Assembly: GCA_030390025.1 (NCBI GenBank)
Contig: CM059432.1
Coordinates: 1,922,001-1,986,000, forward strand
From: Squalus acanthias
Taxonomy: Eukaryota
Reading direction: 5' to 3'
DNA: 64,000 nucleotides
How positions within the stretch are numbered: the first letter of the stretch is position 1; each line of letters starts with the position of its first letter. Made by a program: the position numbers and the translations under genes. The notes below the pieces were generated by a model. That model was not told where the DNA came from. It saw only the letters and a program-made list of their open reading frames with translations, and made no database searches. Below, piece by piece: positions 1-11,769 of the stretch.

Positions 1-169
1 ATGCCATTGCTAATTCCGCGCAGAAAGACAAATTCACAATTACAGAAAGTAAATAGATGAAGCAAAATAATGCACGATGGGATTGGCCATTAACGAGTGG
101 ACTAGATCGCGTCCTGTAACAGTGCTTGAAGACAAAAATCCCGAGCGAGGGAAATTTAAAAAAAAATTA

Positions 170-510
170 GGGCAGATAGAGAGAAACTATTTCCTCTGGT
201 GGGGGGAGTCCAGAACAAAGGGGGCAGAACCTTAAAATTAGAGCCAGGCCATTCAGGGGTGATGTCAGGAAGCACTTCTTCACACAAAGGGTAGTGGAAA
301 TCTGGAACTCTGGCCCACAAAAAGCTGTTGAGGCTGGGGGTCAACTGAAAATGTCAAAACTGAGATCGATAGATTTTTGTTGGGTAAGGGTATTAAGGGT
401 TACGGAACCAAGGCGGGTAGATGGAGCTAAGATACAGGTCAGCCATGATCTCATTGAATGGCGGAACAGGCTCGAGGGGCTGAATGGCCTCCTCCTGCTC
501 CTATGTTCCG
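170..510 (+). mobile_element. CR1 LINE 3' fragment (ORF2 C-terminus + 3'UTR)
   Basis: Encodes RKHFFTQRVVEIWNS-type CR1 C-terminus; 3' hairpin ggaacaggctcgaggggctgaatggcctcctcctgctcc and tail ctatgttcc. Confidence 0.85.
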
Positions 511-1256
511 ACCCTCTTTGAAATTGAATCACTAAGGAGCAATGCTCTGAATGTGAACAGAACTATCCCATGCAAGAAATAAACCCGATTACAACGTATG
601 GATAGAAGTCCTTAATTTCCTTCAATTCCTGAGAAGGGAAGTCGATAATATTCTAATCTACTTTCAGATCCCAAACAGTCTAATCTATTTTATTTATAGT
701 TCAACTGACACACTGGTCAATTCGTCCTTTTTTTTAAAAGATCAATTTGAGAATCTAAATCATTCTATAAACGTTATGACCATTTTCTGGAGAATAAAGC
801 CAAGGTTTAGTGACCATTTGCAGTAACTTGGCCAGACAATCACACACACAAAATAGAGGCTGGAACCTCTTTCGGATGAGACGTTAAACCGAGGCCCCGT
901 CTGCCCTCTCAGGTGGACGCAAAAGATCCCACGGCCACTATTTCGAAGAAGAGCAGGGGGAGTTCTCCCCGGTGTCCTGGCCAATATTTATCCCGAAACC
1001 ACTGTCACGAAAATAAGATTATCTGGTCACTGTCTCAATGCTGTTTGTGGGAGCTTGCTGAGTGCAATTTGGCTGCCACGTTTCCGACATTAGAGCATAA
1101 GAATTAGGAGCAGGAGTCGGCCACACGGCCCCTCGAGCCTGCTCCGCCATTCAATAAGATCATGGCTGATCTTCGACCTCAACTCCACTTTCCTGCACAT
1201 ACCCCTTGATTCCCTTAGTAACCAAAAATCTATCGATCTCTGTCTTGAATATACTC

Positions 1257-1432
1257 GGTTATAGTCCAACAGCTTTATTTGAAATCACAAGCTTTCGGAG
1301 CGCTGCTCCTTCACCTGACGAAGGAGCAGCGCTCCGAAAGCTTGTGATTTCAAATAAAGCTGTTGGACTATAACCTGGTGTTGTGCGACTTCTCACATTT
1401 GTCCACCCCAGTCCAACACCGGCATCTCCACA
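1257..1432 (+). mobile_element. ORF-less fold-back insertion, probably derived from a Penelope-type terminal repeat, with 14-bp TSD
   Basis: tcttgaatatactc duplicated at 1243-1256 and 1433-1446; perfect 56-bp inverted repeat 1257-1312 / 1320-1375. Confidence 0.85.
1311..1346 (+). ncRNA. Minimal type I hammerhead ribozyme motif
   Basis: UCAC-CUGACGA-A-GGAGC-agc-GCUCC-GAAA-GC-UU-GUGA: intact core, stem I UCAC/GUGA, stem II GGAGC/GCUCC, palindromic AGCU in place of stem III. Confidence 0.75.
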
Positions 1433-3840
1433 TCTTGAATATACTCAACGACTGAGCCTCCACAGCCCTCTGGGGCAGAGAATTCCAAAGATTCACCACC
1501 CTCTGAGTGAAGAAATTTCTCCTCATCTCAGTCTTAAATGGCCGACCCCTTATCCTGAGACTGTGACCCCTGGTTCTAGACTCCCCAGCCAGGGGAAACA
1601 TCCTCCCTGCATCTACCCTGTCAAGCCCTCTCAGAATTTTGTATGTTTCAATGAGAGTTTCAATTACAACAGCGATTACACCTCAAAACTAAAATACTTC
1701 ATTGGCTGTAAAAGCCCTTTGGGACGTCCTGAGGTGGTGAAAGGCGCTATAGAAAGGCAAGTTCCTTCTGTTTATATCCTGATTATAATCCTTTGCCCAG
1801 CGAGCTCTCACTACACCCAGTTAATGTAAAGCAAATCTCTCTCTCCACGCCGATGCTTGTGACACATGCGAGCGTGCATTGAAAGCTTTATCTTGCAATA
1901 GGCGGAGGCACATTGCTCCGACTGCTATCAGCAGTCTGCTTCTTCTGTCAGCTGATAGCGAGAAGTTAAAGTGGGTCTTTCCAAACGATTTGACTGCATT
2001 ACGAAGCTTTTAAAGTGAGGTGAAGGTGGAGGGAATTCAATAGAAAGCTGACACATTCTGGGCAAGCGAAGGCCCCAGACAGACACGAAAGATGACTGAA
2101 AGTAAACACGGCAGATTCCAAATTAGCAACAAAAAAAACACAGGGCACAGCGCTTTCGATTAAAAAATAATAATAATGGCCGTGGTAGTTTGGGGGCGGG
2201 GGGGGGGGGGGAAATGTGTGTGTGTGGGGGGAGCAGGCACATCCTATTTTCTTGAAAAACCCGTCTCGTGTCGGGAGAGAGCAGGGCGGGAAGAGGAAGT
2301 GAGGATGGAGACATGCAGGCGCGACACCCCATGCCTGCGACTTGCAGCACAGTTCAGCTGGCCCACGGGGAACAGAGCAACCGCACTTTTAGCTGATGAT
2401 TTATAATTTGGCGGCATTAGATGGATCAATTAAAATGGGGAGACTAAACAGCCACGGAAAACCCACCGGAGCAAAGTCAATAAAACCAGGACTGTTCCCC
2501 TCGCCCCCACCCCCGCCCCATCACCGCCCCACCCCCTCTCCACCAAACGCCTGGCCAGTTTAACTTCAGCTGACAAGAAGTGGGGAGAGAAGTGGGAAAA
2601 TGCGTCCGATATGCCAGCGTGTTTTTTACTTCTTCATTGACCTGCCTTTCCAAAGTGACATTAAACAGAATCGGCGAACTCCAGTTCACAAGGTTCACCT
2701 CCAGATTCCTGATGAAATATTTAATAAATCTAGCAGACAACCAACTCTTAAACGACGGGTGGGTTATTAATGGGCTGGGTCTCGTCTGCACACCTCTTGG
2801 CAATACTGATGGGACCCTCACCCACCCGAGTGGGGGGGGGGGGGGAGCAGGTGGACAGAGAGTGGCGGGGAGCAGGAGGGGCAGTGGAACAAACAAGAGA
2901 GAGAGAGAGAAAAGTATTGCACTTGTATTTTCTTTTTAAGACAAAGGAACATTTGGACGAAGGAGGATCTACCATGCGGTATCTCGAGATTTCTTAATAG
3001 AAATGACATTTCCCACAGTGCATGCCAGAGTTCCAGTCAGACAGCAGCACGCTGGCCAGAAACCTGCTCGCTCAGTGTGGGGGGGCCAGGCCAGATTAAC
3101 ATAATTTGACGCCACACGGTCTTTGAAGCAAACTCAATATTTCAGCAGAAATAAAAGCAAGAGAGAGAGAGAGAGAGCCCAGACATTTTTTTTCCCCAGG
3201 AATATTTCTCTCCCCTGCCCCCCCTCTCTGTCCACCCCCTCCTAAAATGCCATGGCTGCTCTTCCACCCCTCCCCGCGCACACAATCACATCGAGAGAGC
3301 TTCGTTATCTCAACTAAATCAGAACTGGTTGCATTTGGGAACGTCATTAGGAAGCGCGATCCAATACAGATGGGAGTTTTTGGCAAATCTAGCTGACTTC
3401 AGAGCATTCGCCTCATAAAGCACATTTAGCCTTCCTTCTTTTTTTCCAAATCGTTATCTTACACCATTAACCAAACAAAATAAAATAATTAATAATCATT
3501 TGCACAATAAGCTCAGTGCACCGCACCTCTAGATTTACCTGTTTGGGAACAACACAACATGTCGATTCAGATTTATACAGAATTAGGTCACAAATGTTAT
3601 GGTGGCAGCATCCATTACACAGTATTTACAGCACAGAAACAGGCCATTCGGCCCCACTGGTCCGTGCCGGTGTTTCTGCTCCACACGAGCCTCCTCCCAC
3701 CCCTCTTCATCTCACCCCATCAGCATGTCCTTCTATTCCTTTCTCCCTCATGTGTTTATCTCGCTTCCCCTTGAATACATCGATGCTATTCACCTCAACC
3801 ACTCCCTGCGGTAGCGAGTACCACGTTCTCACCACTCTCT

Positions 3841-4276
3841 GTCAGCTGTGGCTCAGTGGGTAGCACCCTTGTTCTCTGAGTCATGAAGGTTGTGGGCTCA
3901 AGTACCCCGTCCAGAAACTTGAGCGCAAAAATCTAGGCTGACGCGACTAGTGCAGTGCTGAGGGAGTGCTGCACTGTCAGAGGTACCGTCTTTTGGATGA
4001 GATGTTAAACCGAGGCCCCGCCTGCTCTCTCAGGTGGGTGTAAAGGATCCCACGGCACTTTTTCGAAGACACTTATCCCTCAATCAATATCACTAAAAAC
4101 AGATTATCCGGTCATTATCACATTGCTGTTGGTGGGAGCTTGCTGTGCGCAAATTGGCTGCCGCATTTCCTACATTACAGCAGTGACTACACTTCAAAAG
4201 TTCTTCACTGGTTGTAAAGTGCTTTGGGACATCCTGAGGTTGTGAAAGGCGCTAGATAAAGGCAATCTTTCTTTCT
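3841..4276 (+). mobile_element. Full-length tRNA-derived Deu-domain SINE
   Basis: Head gtcagctgtggctcagtgggtagc (A box), degenerate B box, Deu core, tail aaaggcgctagataaaggcaatctttctttct. Confidence 0.9.
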
Positions 4277-4423
4277 GGGTAAAGAAGTTTCTCCTGAATT
4301 CCTTATTGGATTTATTAGTGACCTATCTTACATTCATGACCTCTAGTTCTGGTCTCCCCCACAAGTGGAAACATCTTCTCTACGTCTACCCTATCGAACC
4401 CCTTCATAATTTTAAAGACCTCT

Positions 4424-4910
4424 ATTGAAACATATAAGATTGTGAAGGGGTTGGATCGGGTGGATGCGGGGAGGATGTTCCCGATGACGGGTGAGACTAG
4501 AACTAGGGGACATAGTCTTAGAATAAGGGGCTGCTCTTTCAAAACTGAGATGAGGAGGAACTACTTCACTCAGAGGGTGATAGGTCCATGGAATATGCTG
4601 CCACAAAAAGCTGTAGAAGCTACATCATTAAATAAATTTAAAACAGAAATAGACAGTTTCCTAGAAGTAAAGGGCATTAAGGGTTACGGGGAGCGGGCAG
4701 AAATTTGGACATGAGTCTAGGTTCGGATCCGGTCACGGCCCTGTGGGTAGTGGAGCGTGTAGCCTGATTCTGTTAGATGCAGGAGATGGTTCTGTGATAG
4801 ATAGTAGATTGGCGGTTAGGATCAGATCAGCCATGATCTTATTGAATGGCGGAGCAGGCTCGAGGGGCCGTTTGGCCTACTCCTGCTCCTATTTCTTATG
4901 TTCTTATGTT
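4424..4910 (+). mobile_element. CR1 LINE 3' fragment with an extended 3'UTR
   Basis: ORF 4442-4714 is a CR1 C-terminus; tail ttcttatgttcttatgtt; tctat on both sides. Confidence 0.9.
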
Positions 4911-5257
4911 CTATCAGGTCATCTCTTGATCTTCTCTTTTCTAGGCGCGTTCTGGTGCCTCACTGCACTACTCTTCAAAAAGCACTATAGTAAACGGACA
5001 GTGCAGTAGGTGGGTATGTGTGAGGGAATCGACAATATAGTCCAGTCTACAAGTCTAGACCTCACTACAAAAACAAAGCATAATACACATTGATCATCTC
5101 CTTTCACACAAGCTCGCCGCTGTCCAGACCCTTACTGGCTCCTTAATCCTGTATGTTCAGTCACTATCTAAACAAATCATTAGGAAGGCTACAACTAAAG
5201 CCAGCTGGCCCTCGCACACTGCTTACTATTGCTGCACAGACCTTGTATGTGGCACAT

Positions 5258-5640
5258 AACTACATAAGAATTAGGAGCAGGAGTCGGCCACACGCCCCCT
5301 CGAGCCTGCTCCGCCATTCAATAAGATCATGGCTGATCTTCTACCTCAACTCCACTTTCCCGCCCGATTCCCATATCCCTTGATTCCCCTAGAGTCCAGA
5401 AATCTATCGATCTCAGCCTTGAATATACTCAATGACTGAGCCGCCACAGCCCTCTGGGGTAGAGAATTCCAAAGATTCACAACCCTCTGAGTGAAGAAAT
5501 TCCTCCTCATCTCAGTCTTAAATGGCCGACCCCTTATCCTGAGACTATGCCCCCTAGTTCTAGACTCTCCAGCCAGGGGGAAACAACCTCTCAGCATCTA
5601 CCCTGTCAACCCTCTCAGAATCTTCTATGTTTCAATGAGA
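5258..5640 (-). mobile_element. CR1 LINE 3' fragment
   Basis: ORF 5346-5597(-) RGHSLRIRGRPFKTEMRRNFFTQRVVNLWNSLP. Confidence 0.9.
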
Positions 5641-5654
5641 CTTTAAAAAAATGT

Positions 5655-6080
5655 ATTCATTCAAGGGATGTGAGCGTTGCTGGCAAGGCCAGCATTTATT
5701 GCCCATCCCTAATTGCCCTTCAGAAGGTGGTGGTGAGCCGCCTTCTTGAACCGCAGCAGTCCGTGTGGTGAAGGTGCTCCCACAGTGCTGTTAGGGAGGG
5801 GGTTCCAGGATTTTGACCCAGCGACGATGAAGGAACGGCCGATATATTTCCAAGTCAGGATGGTGTGTGACTTGGAGGGGAACTTGCAGGTGGTGGTGTT
5901 CCCATGCGCCTGCTGCCCTTGTCCTTCTAGGTGGAAGAGGTCGCGGGTTTGGGAGGTGCTGCCGAAGAAGCCTTGGCGAGTTGCTGCAGTGCATCTTGTA
6001 GATGGTACACACTGCAGCCACGGTGCGCCGGTGGTGGAGGGAGTGAATGTTTAAGGTAGTGGATGGGGTGCTGATCAAGC
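5655..6080 (-). mobile_element. 3' end of a second non-LTR retrotransposon family ('LINE-X'; clade not assigned)
   Basis: SLHHRRTVAAVCTIYKMH...WNSLP-type C-terminus; tail gggcaataaatgctggccttgccagc...atcc; at least 7 copies in the window. Confidence 0.75.
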
Positions 6081-6307
6081 AACAATACTTACTCTTGACT
6101 GAATGCAAGACTGGTTGCAGCGCACTGCCTAGAATTGGTTACCAATGCAGCATTGATGGAAAATATGCCACCGAACCCTGTGCCTAAATCTAAATTGGGA
6201 TTACGCATCCCGTGCCGGCAGCTCGGTGACCCCCTGAACCTAACCAAACGGAACCAAACGGTTAGGGTCAATCCGCTGCACCCTGCAGGCAGACTCCGCA
6301 AGCGTCC

Positions 6308-6890
6308 CTTGGTGAGGCCACACCTGGAGTATTGTGCGCAGTTTTGGTCTCCTAACTTAAGGAAGGACATTCTTGCTATTGAGGGAGTGCAGCGAAGGTT
6401 CACTAGATTGATTCCTGGGATGGCCGGACTGACATATCAAGAAAGATTGGGTCAACTGAACTTGTATCCTCTGGAGTTCAGAAGAACGAGGGGGGATCTT
6501 ATAGAGACATTTAAAATCCTGACTGGTTTCGACAAATTAGATGCGGGCAGAATGTTCCCAATGTTAGGGAAAACTAGAACCAGGGGTCACAGTCTAAGGA
6601 TTAAGGGGAAGCCATTTAAGACTGAGCTGAGGAGGAACTTCTTCACCCAGAGAGTGGTGAATCTATGGAATTCTCTTCCACAGAAGGTTGTTGAGGCCAG
6701 TTCGCTAAATATATTCAAAAGGGAGTTAGATATAACACTCACAACTAGGGGGATCAAGGGGTATGGCGAGAAAGCAGGAATGGGGTACTGAGGTAGCATG
6801 TTCAGCCATGAACGCATTGAATGGCGGTGCAGGCTCGAAGGACCGAATGGTCTACTCCTGTACCTATTTTCTATGTTTCTATGTTTCTAT
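6308..6890 (+). mobile_element. CR1 LINE 3' fragment
   Basis: LVRPHLEYCAQFWSP...WNSLPQKVVEA; tail (ttctatgt)n; gtccc on both flanks. Confidence 0.9.
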
Positions 6891-7062
6891 GTCCCGCCCG
6901 GTTTATGCGCCGCGGGGAATTTGCTGCTGGTTCTTTTTGCAGTCTCAAGTTTGTCTGACAATCAGACATCGCAGCCGAGTGAAAAGGTCACACAAAAAAC
7001 ACCGAAGCTATCTTCTGCTTTAAGATGTTGATTAACCAGTGCCATGTACTTACTCAACATTT

Positions 7063-7500
7063 ACAGCACAGAAACAGGCCATTCGGCCCAACTGGTCCGT
7101 GCCAGTGTTTACGCTCCACACGAGCCTCCTCCCACCCCTCTTCATCTCACCCCATCAACATATCCTTCGATTCCTTTCTCCCTCATGTGTTTATCCAGCT
7201 TCCCCTTAAATGCATCTACGCTATTCGCCTCAACCACTCCCTGTGGGAGCGAGTTCCACATTCTCACCACTCTCTGGGGAAAGAAGTTTCTCCTGAATTC
7301 CCTATTGGATTTATTAGTGACTGTCTTATATTGATGGCCCCTAGTTCTGGACTCTCTCCAAATAGAACCATTTTCTCTACGTCTACCCTATCAAACCCTT
7401 CATAACCTGAAGGAGCTCTATCAGGTCACTCAGTCTTCTCTTTTCCTGATGGGTGTAACCGCTCAGATCTGGTAACATCCTCGTCAATTCTTTTCGTGCA
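7063..7500 (-). mobile_element. CR1 LINE 3' fragment
   Basis: Same subfamily as 3625-4945. Confidence 0.85.
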
Positions 7501-7524
7501 TTCTTACTTCAGAAAGAAGGTAAG

Positions 7525-7725
7525 AACTCGCATTTCTCCAGCGCCTTTCACCACCTCAGGACGTCCCAAAACGTTTCCCAGCCAATGAAGTACTTTTTGA
7601 AGTGCGGTCACTGTTGTAATGTAGGAAACGCGGCAGCCAAAAATTGCGCACAGCAAGCTCCCACATACAGCAATGAGATAAATGACCAGATCATCTGTTT
7701 CGGGTTGAGGGATAAATATTGGTCA
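7525..7725 (-). mobile_element. Deu-SINE 3' half
   Basis: Reverse complement of the SINE tail and Deu core. Confidence 0.85.
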
Positions 7726-8179
7726 ATAATAATGAACTAATATCTATTTTGGAACTAATCAGGTTACTTTCTATTGTGAAAAATGAATGAACTTGAAGGA
7801 GCACAAATGATAATTTAATTTTTGGGTCCAAATGGTTTCAGTAGATTGCCCTTGTTCATTATTCTAGACACTTGCGACAATTTTTGCCTGGGTGGAATCT
7901 AGTTAACAACATTTTGATAAAAAGGAATGCAGAGTTTGAGTTAAATTGCCCGATTCAATTAGTACGGGCGATTAGGACCAGAACCTGTTAAAATGTGTGA
8001 AACCAGAGGATTTAATAAGGAAACCATTTGCTGCATTTCCACTGTTTAGAATTCAGGTCATTTTTCCTCAGGGAGTTTTCATGATTTTAAACAAATTCCC
8101 TGTCTGGAAACCTGTTCCAAGATTTAGGTGGTGGAGAAAACCGGATCGAATCGGCAAAAATCCCAGGATGAACAGAAAA

Positions 8180-9160
8180 ATGGGGAGGGGAGAGGGGAGA
8201 GGAGAGGGAAGGGAGGGGAGGAGAGGAAGGGAGGGGAGGAGCGAATAGGGGAGGGAGGGTAGGGGAGAGGAGGGAGGGGTGGATAGGGAGGGTAGGGGAC
8301 GGGGGAGGGTGGGGAGGGGAAGGAGGGGGAGGGTGGAGGGAGGGAGGAGGGGTGGGGGAGGGGAGGATGAGGGAGGGAGGGCAGGGGGGGTGTGGTGGGG
8401 GAGGGGAGGGAGGGGTGAGGTTGGGGTGGGGGAGGGAAGTGAGGGGGGAGGGGAGGGAGGGCGTGTGGTGGGGGGGAGGGAGGAGGGGTGGGGGAGGGGA
8501 GGGGGAGGGAGGGAGGGCAGGGGGGGTGTGGTGGGGGAGGGGAGGGAGGGGTGAGGTTGGGGTGGGGGAGGGAAGTGAGGGGGGAGGGGAGGGAGGGGGG
8601 GGTGTGGTGGGGGGAGGGGAGGGGTGGGGGAGTGAGGGGGAGGGGTGGGGGTGGGGTGGGGGTGTGGTGGGGGGGGGGGGAGGGGGAGGGGTGGGGGAGT
8701 GAGGGCGAGGGGGAGGGTGTGGTGGGAGGGAGGGGAGGGGAGGGGTGGGGGAGTGAGGGGGAGGGGTGAGGTTGGGGTGGGGGAGGGGAGGGTGGGGGAG
8801 GTGGGAGCGTGAGTGAGGGGGAGGGTAAGGTTGGGGTGGTGGGGAGGGAGGGAGGGGGAGGAGTGTGGGGGGGAGGAGAGGGTGTGGGGGAGTGAGGGCG
8901 TAGGGGCGAGGGTGTGGTGGGGGGGAGGGGAGTGAGGGGGAGGGGTGGGAGAGTGAGGGGGAGGGGGTGGTGGTGGGGATGGGGGAGTGAGGGGGAGCGG
9001 TGTGGTGGAGGGGTAGGGGAGTGAGGGCGAGGGGGAGGGGAGGGAGGGGAGGGTGTGGTGGGGGGTAGGGGAGGGGTAGGGGAGTGAGGGCGAGGGGGAG
9101 GGGAGGGAGGGGGAGGGTGTGGTGGGGGGTAGGGGAGGGGTAGGGGAGTGAGGAGGGAGG
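8180..9160 (+). repeat. ~1 kb G-rich low-complexity tract
   Basis: Dense GGG/GGGG runs separated by A/T, almost no C; recurring subunits such as ggggtgtggtgggggagggg. Confidence 0.95.
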
Positions 9161-9456
9161 TTTTACAAATGCTGCAGTTTTGGTTTGTGTAAGAATTTTA
9201 CTAGCCAAGAAATAAACTACCGAGGGGGAGCTACTGCAGACCCTAGTCAATAATCCCCCAAGCAGAGGTGATTAATTTACAATAAATTTATAGGTAAGCA
9301 GATTTTTTTTGAAACCTTGCTTTTATTCTTTGCTGCGGTAACTGTGCCAGGTCACAGTGGGCTGCACAGGTGAACAGATGGGCTGTTGGGAGGTTCAGAA
9401 TTCGAGGAGAATGTCTGGATGTTCAAAGACAATTCAACACAGTGAGGCTATGCTCA

Positions 9457-10352
9457 TGGCTGCTTCGCCAAGTTGGTAGCAATCTTGCCTTTGGATAAGA
9501 AGGTTGAGGATTCAAGTCCCACTCCAGAGACTTGAGCACATAAAGCGAGGTTGACATTCCAGTGCAGTGCTGAGGGAGCGCTGCACTGTTGGAGGGGCAG
9601 TACTGAGGGAGCACCGCACTGTCGGAGGGGCAGTACTGAGGGAGCGCTGCACTGTTGGAGGGGCAGTACTGAGGGAGCACCGCACTGTCGGAGGGGCAGT
9701 ACTGAGGGAGCGCTGCACTGTCGGAGGGGCAGTACTGAGGGAGTGCTGCACTGTCGGAGGGGCAGTACTGAGGGAGCACCGCACTGTCGGAGGGGCAGTA
9801 CTGAGGGAGCGCTGCACTGTCGGAGGGGCAGTACTGAGGGAGCACCGCACTGTCGGAGGGGCAGTACTGAGGGAGCACCGCACTGTCGGAGGGTCAATAC
9901 TGAGGGAGCGCCGCACTGTCGGAGGGGCAGTACTGAGGGAGCGCTGCACTGTCGGAGGGTCAATACTGAGGGAGCGCCGCACTGTCGGAGGGGCAGTACT
10001 GAGGGAGCGCCGCACTGTCGGAGGTGCCGTCTTTCGGATGAGACGTTAAACCGAGGCCCCGTCTGCTCTCTCAGGTGGACGTAAAAGATCCCATGGCCAC
10101 TATTTCGAAGAAGAGCAGGGGAGTTCTCCCCGGTGTCCTGGGGCCAATATTTATCCCTCAACCAACATCACTAAAACAGATGATCTGGTCATTATCACAT
10201 TGCTGTTTGTGGGAGCTTGCTGTGCGCAAATTGGCTGCTGCGTTTCCTACATTACAACAGTGACTACACTTCAAAGAGTACTTCATTGGCTGTGAAGCGC
10301 TTTGGGGCGTACGGTGGTCGTGAAAGGCGCTGGAGAAATCCAAGTCTTTCTT
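9457..10352 (+). mobile_element. Deu-SINE carrying an internal 33-bp tandem array
   Basis: Degenerate tRNA head, array 9565-10024, Deu core and tail. Confidence 0.9.
9565..10024 (+). repeat. 33-bp minisatellite, ~14 units, SINE-derived
   Basis: Unit cagtactgagggagcrcygcactgtcggagggg; 11-aa periodicity in the ORF track. Confidence 0.95.
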
Positions 10353-11089
10353 TCCCCCAAAAAGCTGTTGAGGCCAAACAGAAATTTCAAAACTGAGATT
10401 GATATTTTGGGTAATGGTATTAAAGGTTACGGACCCAAGGCGGGTAGATGGGAGTTAAGATACAGATCAGCCATGATCTAAGTGAATTGCGGAACAGTCT
10501 CGAGGGGCTGAATGGCCTCCTCCTGCTCCTATTTCTTATCTTCTTATGTTCCACAGCAGCATTCAAAGAAGAGGAGGCAGTTCTCTCGGTTTGCTAGCTG
10601 TCGTTCCCTCAAAGGCAGATCAACCAGCCAGTGCGGTTTGTGGGATCCTGCTGTGTAGAAAATGGCGGCCAGGGTTGCCGGTGTAACAGCGATCACCTCG
10701 CCCCAAAGTGTGTGAAATCACATCATAAGCGAAGCGTTTGGAAACATTTCTGCGACATGATCAGGCGCTATATAAATGCGAGTAAATTCTGCTTTTCACT
10801 CATTGTAATAACTATCTTGCACAATATTTAATTTAGAACATAAGAAATAGGAGCAGGTGTAGGCCATTCGACCTTTCGATGTCCCATTGCTGTTTGTGGG
10901 ATCTTGCTGTGCGCTAATTGGCTGCCGCGTTTCCTACATTACAACAGTGACTACACTTCAAAAAGTTCTTCATTGGCTGTAAAGCGCTTTTGGGACATCC
11001 TGAGGCCATGAAAGGCGCGGTAGAAATGGGAGTCTTTCTTTCCATCAACTCCCTGTTCACCCTCCATCGAACTCCGAGTCCTTAACCAA

Positions 11090-11350
11090 TTTCGTTCCCT
11101 CATCCCCATACTGGCCCACACCATCAACCTATCTCTTTCCTTTGTCACCGTCCCACCTCCTCAAGAAATCTGCTCCCATAACCCCTCTACTCCTCCCAGC
11201 CACTGGCTACCCCCTTCATCGTCCCCAAGTCCTGGAATGCACTGTTGCCTCCTAACTATGCTCCCACTTCTCCTTGTTCATGATCCTCCAGATCAGATTG
11301 CAGCCCGCTCTCAGTACTGAGAACTCACTGGTCAAAGTCACAAACCGCTG
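11090..11350 (+). mobile_element. Highly decayed L2-type RT fragment
   Basis: QPALSTENSLVKVTN resembles the L2 RT motif FRxxHSTETALVKVTND; pyrimidine-rich like L2. Confidence 0.5.
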
Positions 11351-11473
11351 TAAACTCCACCCTCGGTCAGCGCCTCTCCCCTGGAGCCCACCACTGTGGT
11401 CCTGCATGCTTCAAATTCCATTAGAAACCCGTAGCAATATCGGCATTACACTGCCATAAAGAAATAATAGAAA

Positions 11474-11768
11474 GACTTGCACCTATATAGAGCTCAGGAC
11501 ATCGCAAAGCGTTTTACAGTCAATGAAGTACTTTTTGAATTGTAGTCACTGTTGTAATGTAGGAAACGCAGCAGCCAATTTGCGCACAGCAAGCTCCCAC
11601 AAACAACAATGTGATAATGGCCAGATACTCTGTTTTTTTGTGATGTTGGTTGAGGGATATATCTTGGCCAGGACACAGGGGAGAACTCCCCTGCTCTTCC
11701 TCGAAACAGTGCCATGGTATCTATTACATCCACCTGACGGGGCCTCGGTTTAACGTCTCATCCGAAAG
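11474..11768 (-). mobile_element. Deu-SINE fragment
   Basis: Reverse complement of Deu core and tail. Confidence 0.85.
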
Positions 11769-11769
11769 A

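Larger units (their letters stand above)
1096..1655 (-). mobile_element. CR1 LINE 3' fragment, itself split by the ribozyme cassette at 1257-1432
   Basis: ORF 1368-1601(-) MFPLAGESRTRGHSLRIRGRPFKTEMRRNFFTQRVVNLWNSLP; CR1 tail at the left end. Confidence 0.9.
867..1770 (+). mobile_element. Deu-domain SINE (SacSINE1-like), 5'-truncated, split by a CR1 insertion (~1096-1655)
   Basis: tttcggatgagacgttaaaccgaggcccc...gagcaggggagttctccccggtgtcctggcc Deu core; resumes at ~1662 with tail aaaggcgctatagaaaggcaag. Confidence 0.85.
3625..4945 (-). mobile_element. CR1 LINE 3' fragment interrupted by a SINE (3841-4276) and a second CR1 (4424-4910)
   Basis: Tail acagcacagaaacaggccattcggccc; host sequence rejoins across both insertions (cactctct|gggtaaag; acctctat|caggtc). 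Confidence 0.8.

Noticed and set aside
1924..1959. gctatcagc/gctgatagc hairpin
   Set aside because: Only 9 bp with a large loop; plausible by chance in 64 kb.
8087..9250. 387-aa proline-rich (extensin/formin-like) ORF
   Set aside because: Translation of the G-rich low-complexity tract; no splice or domain support.
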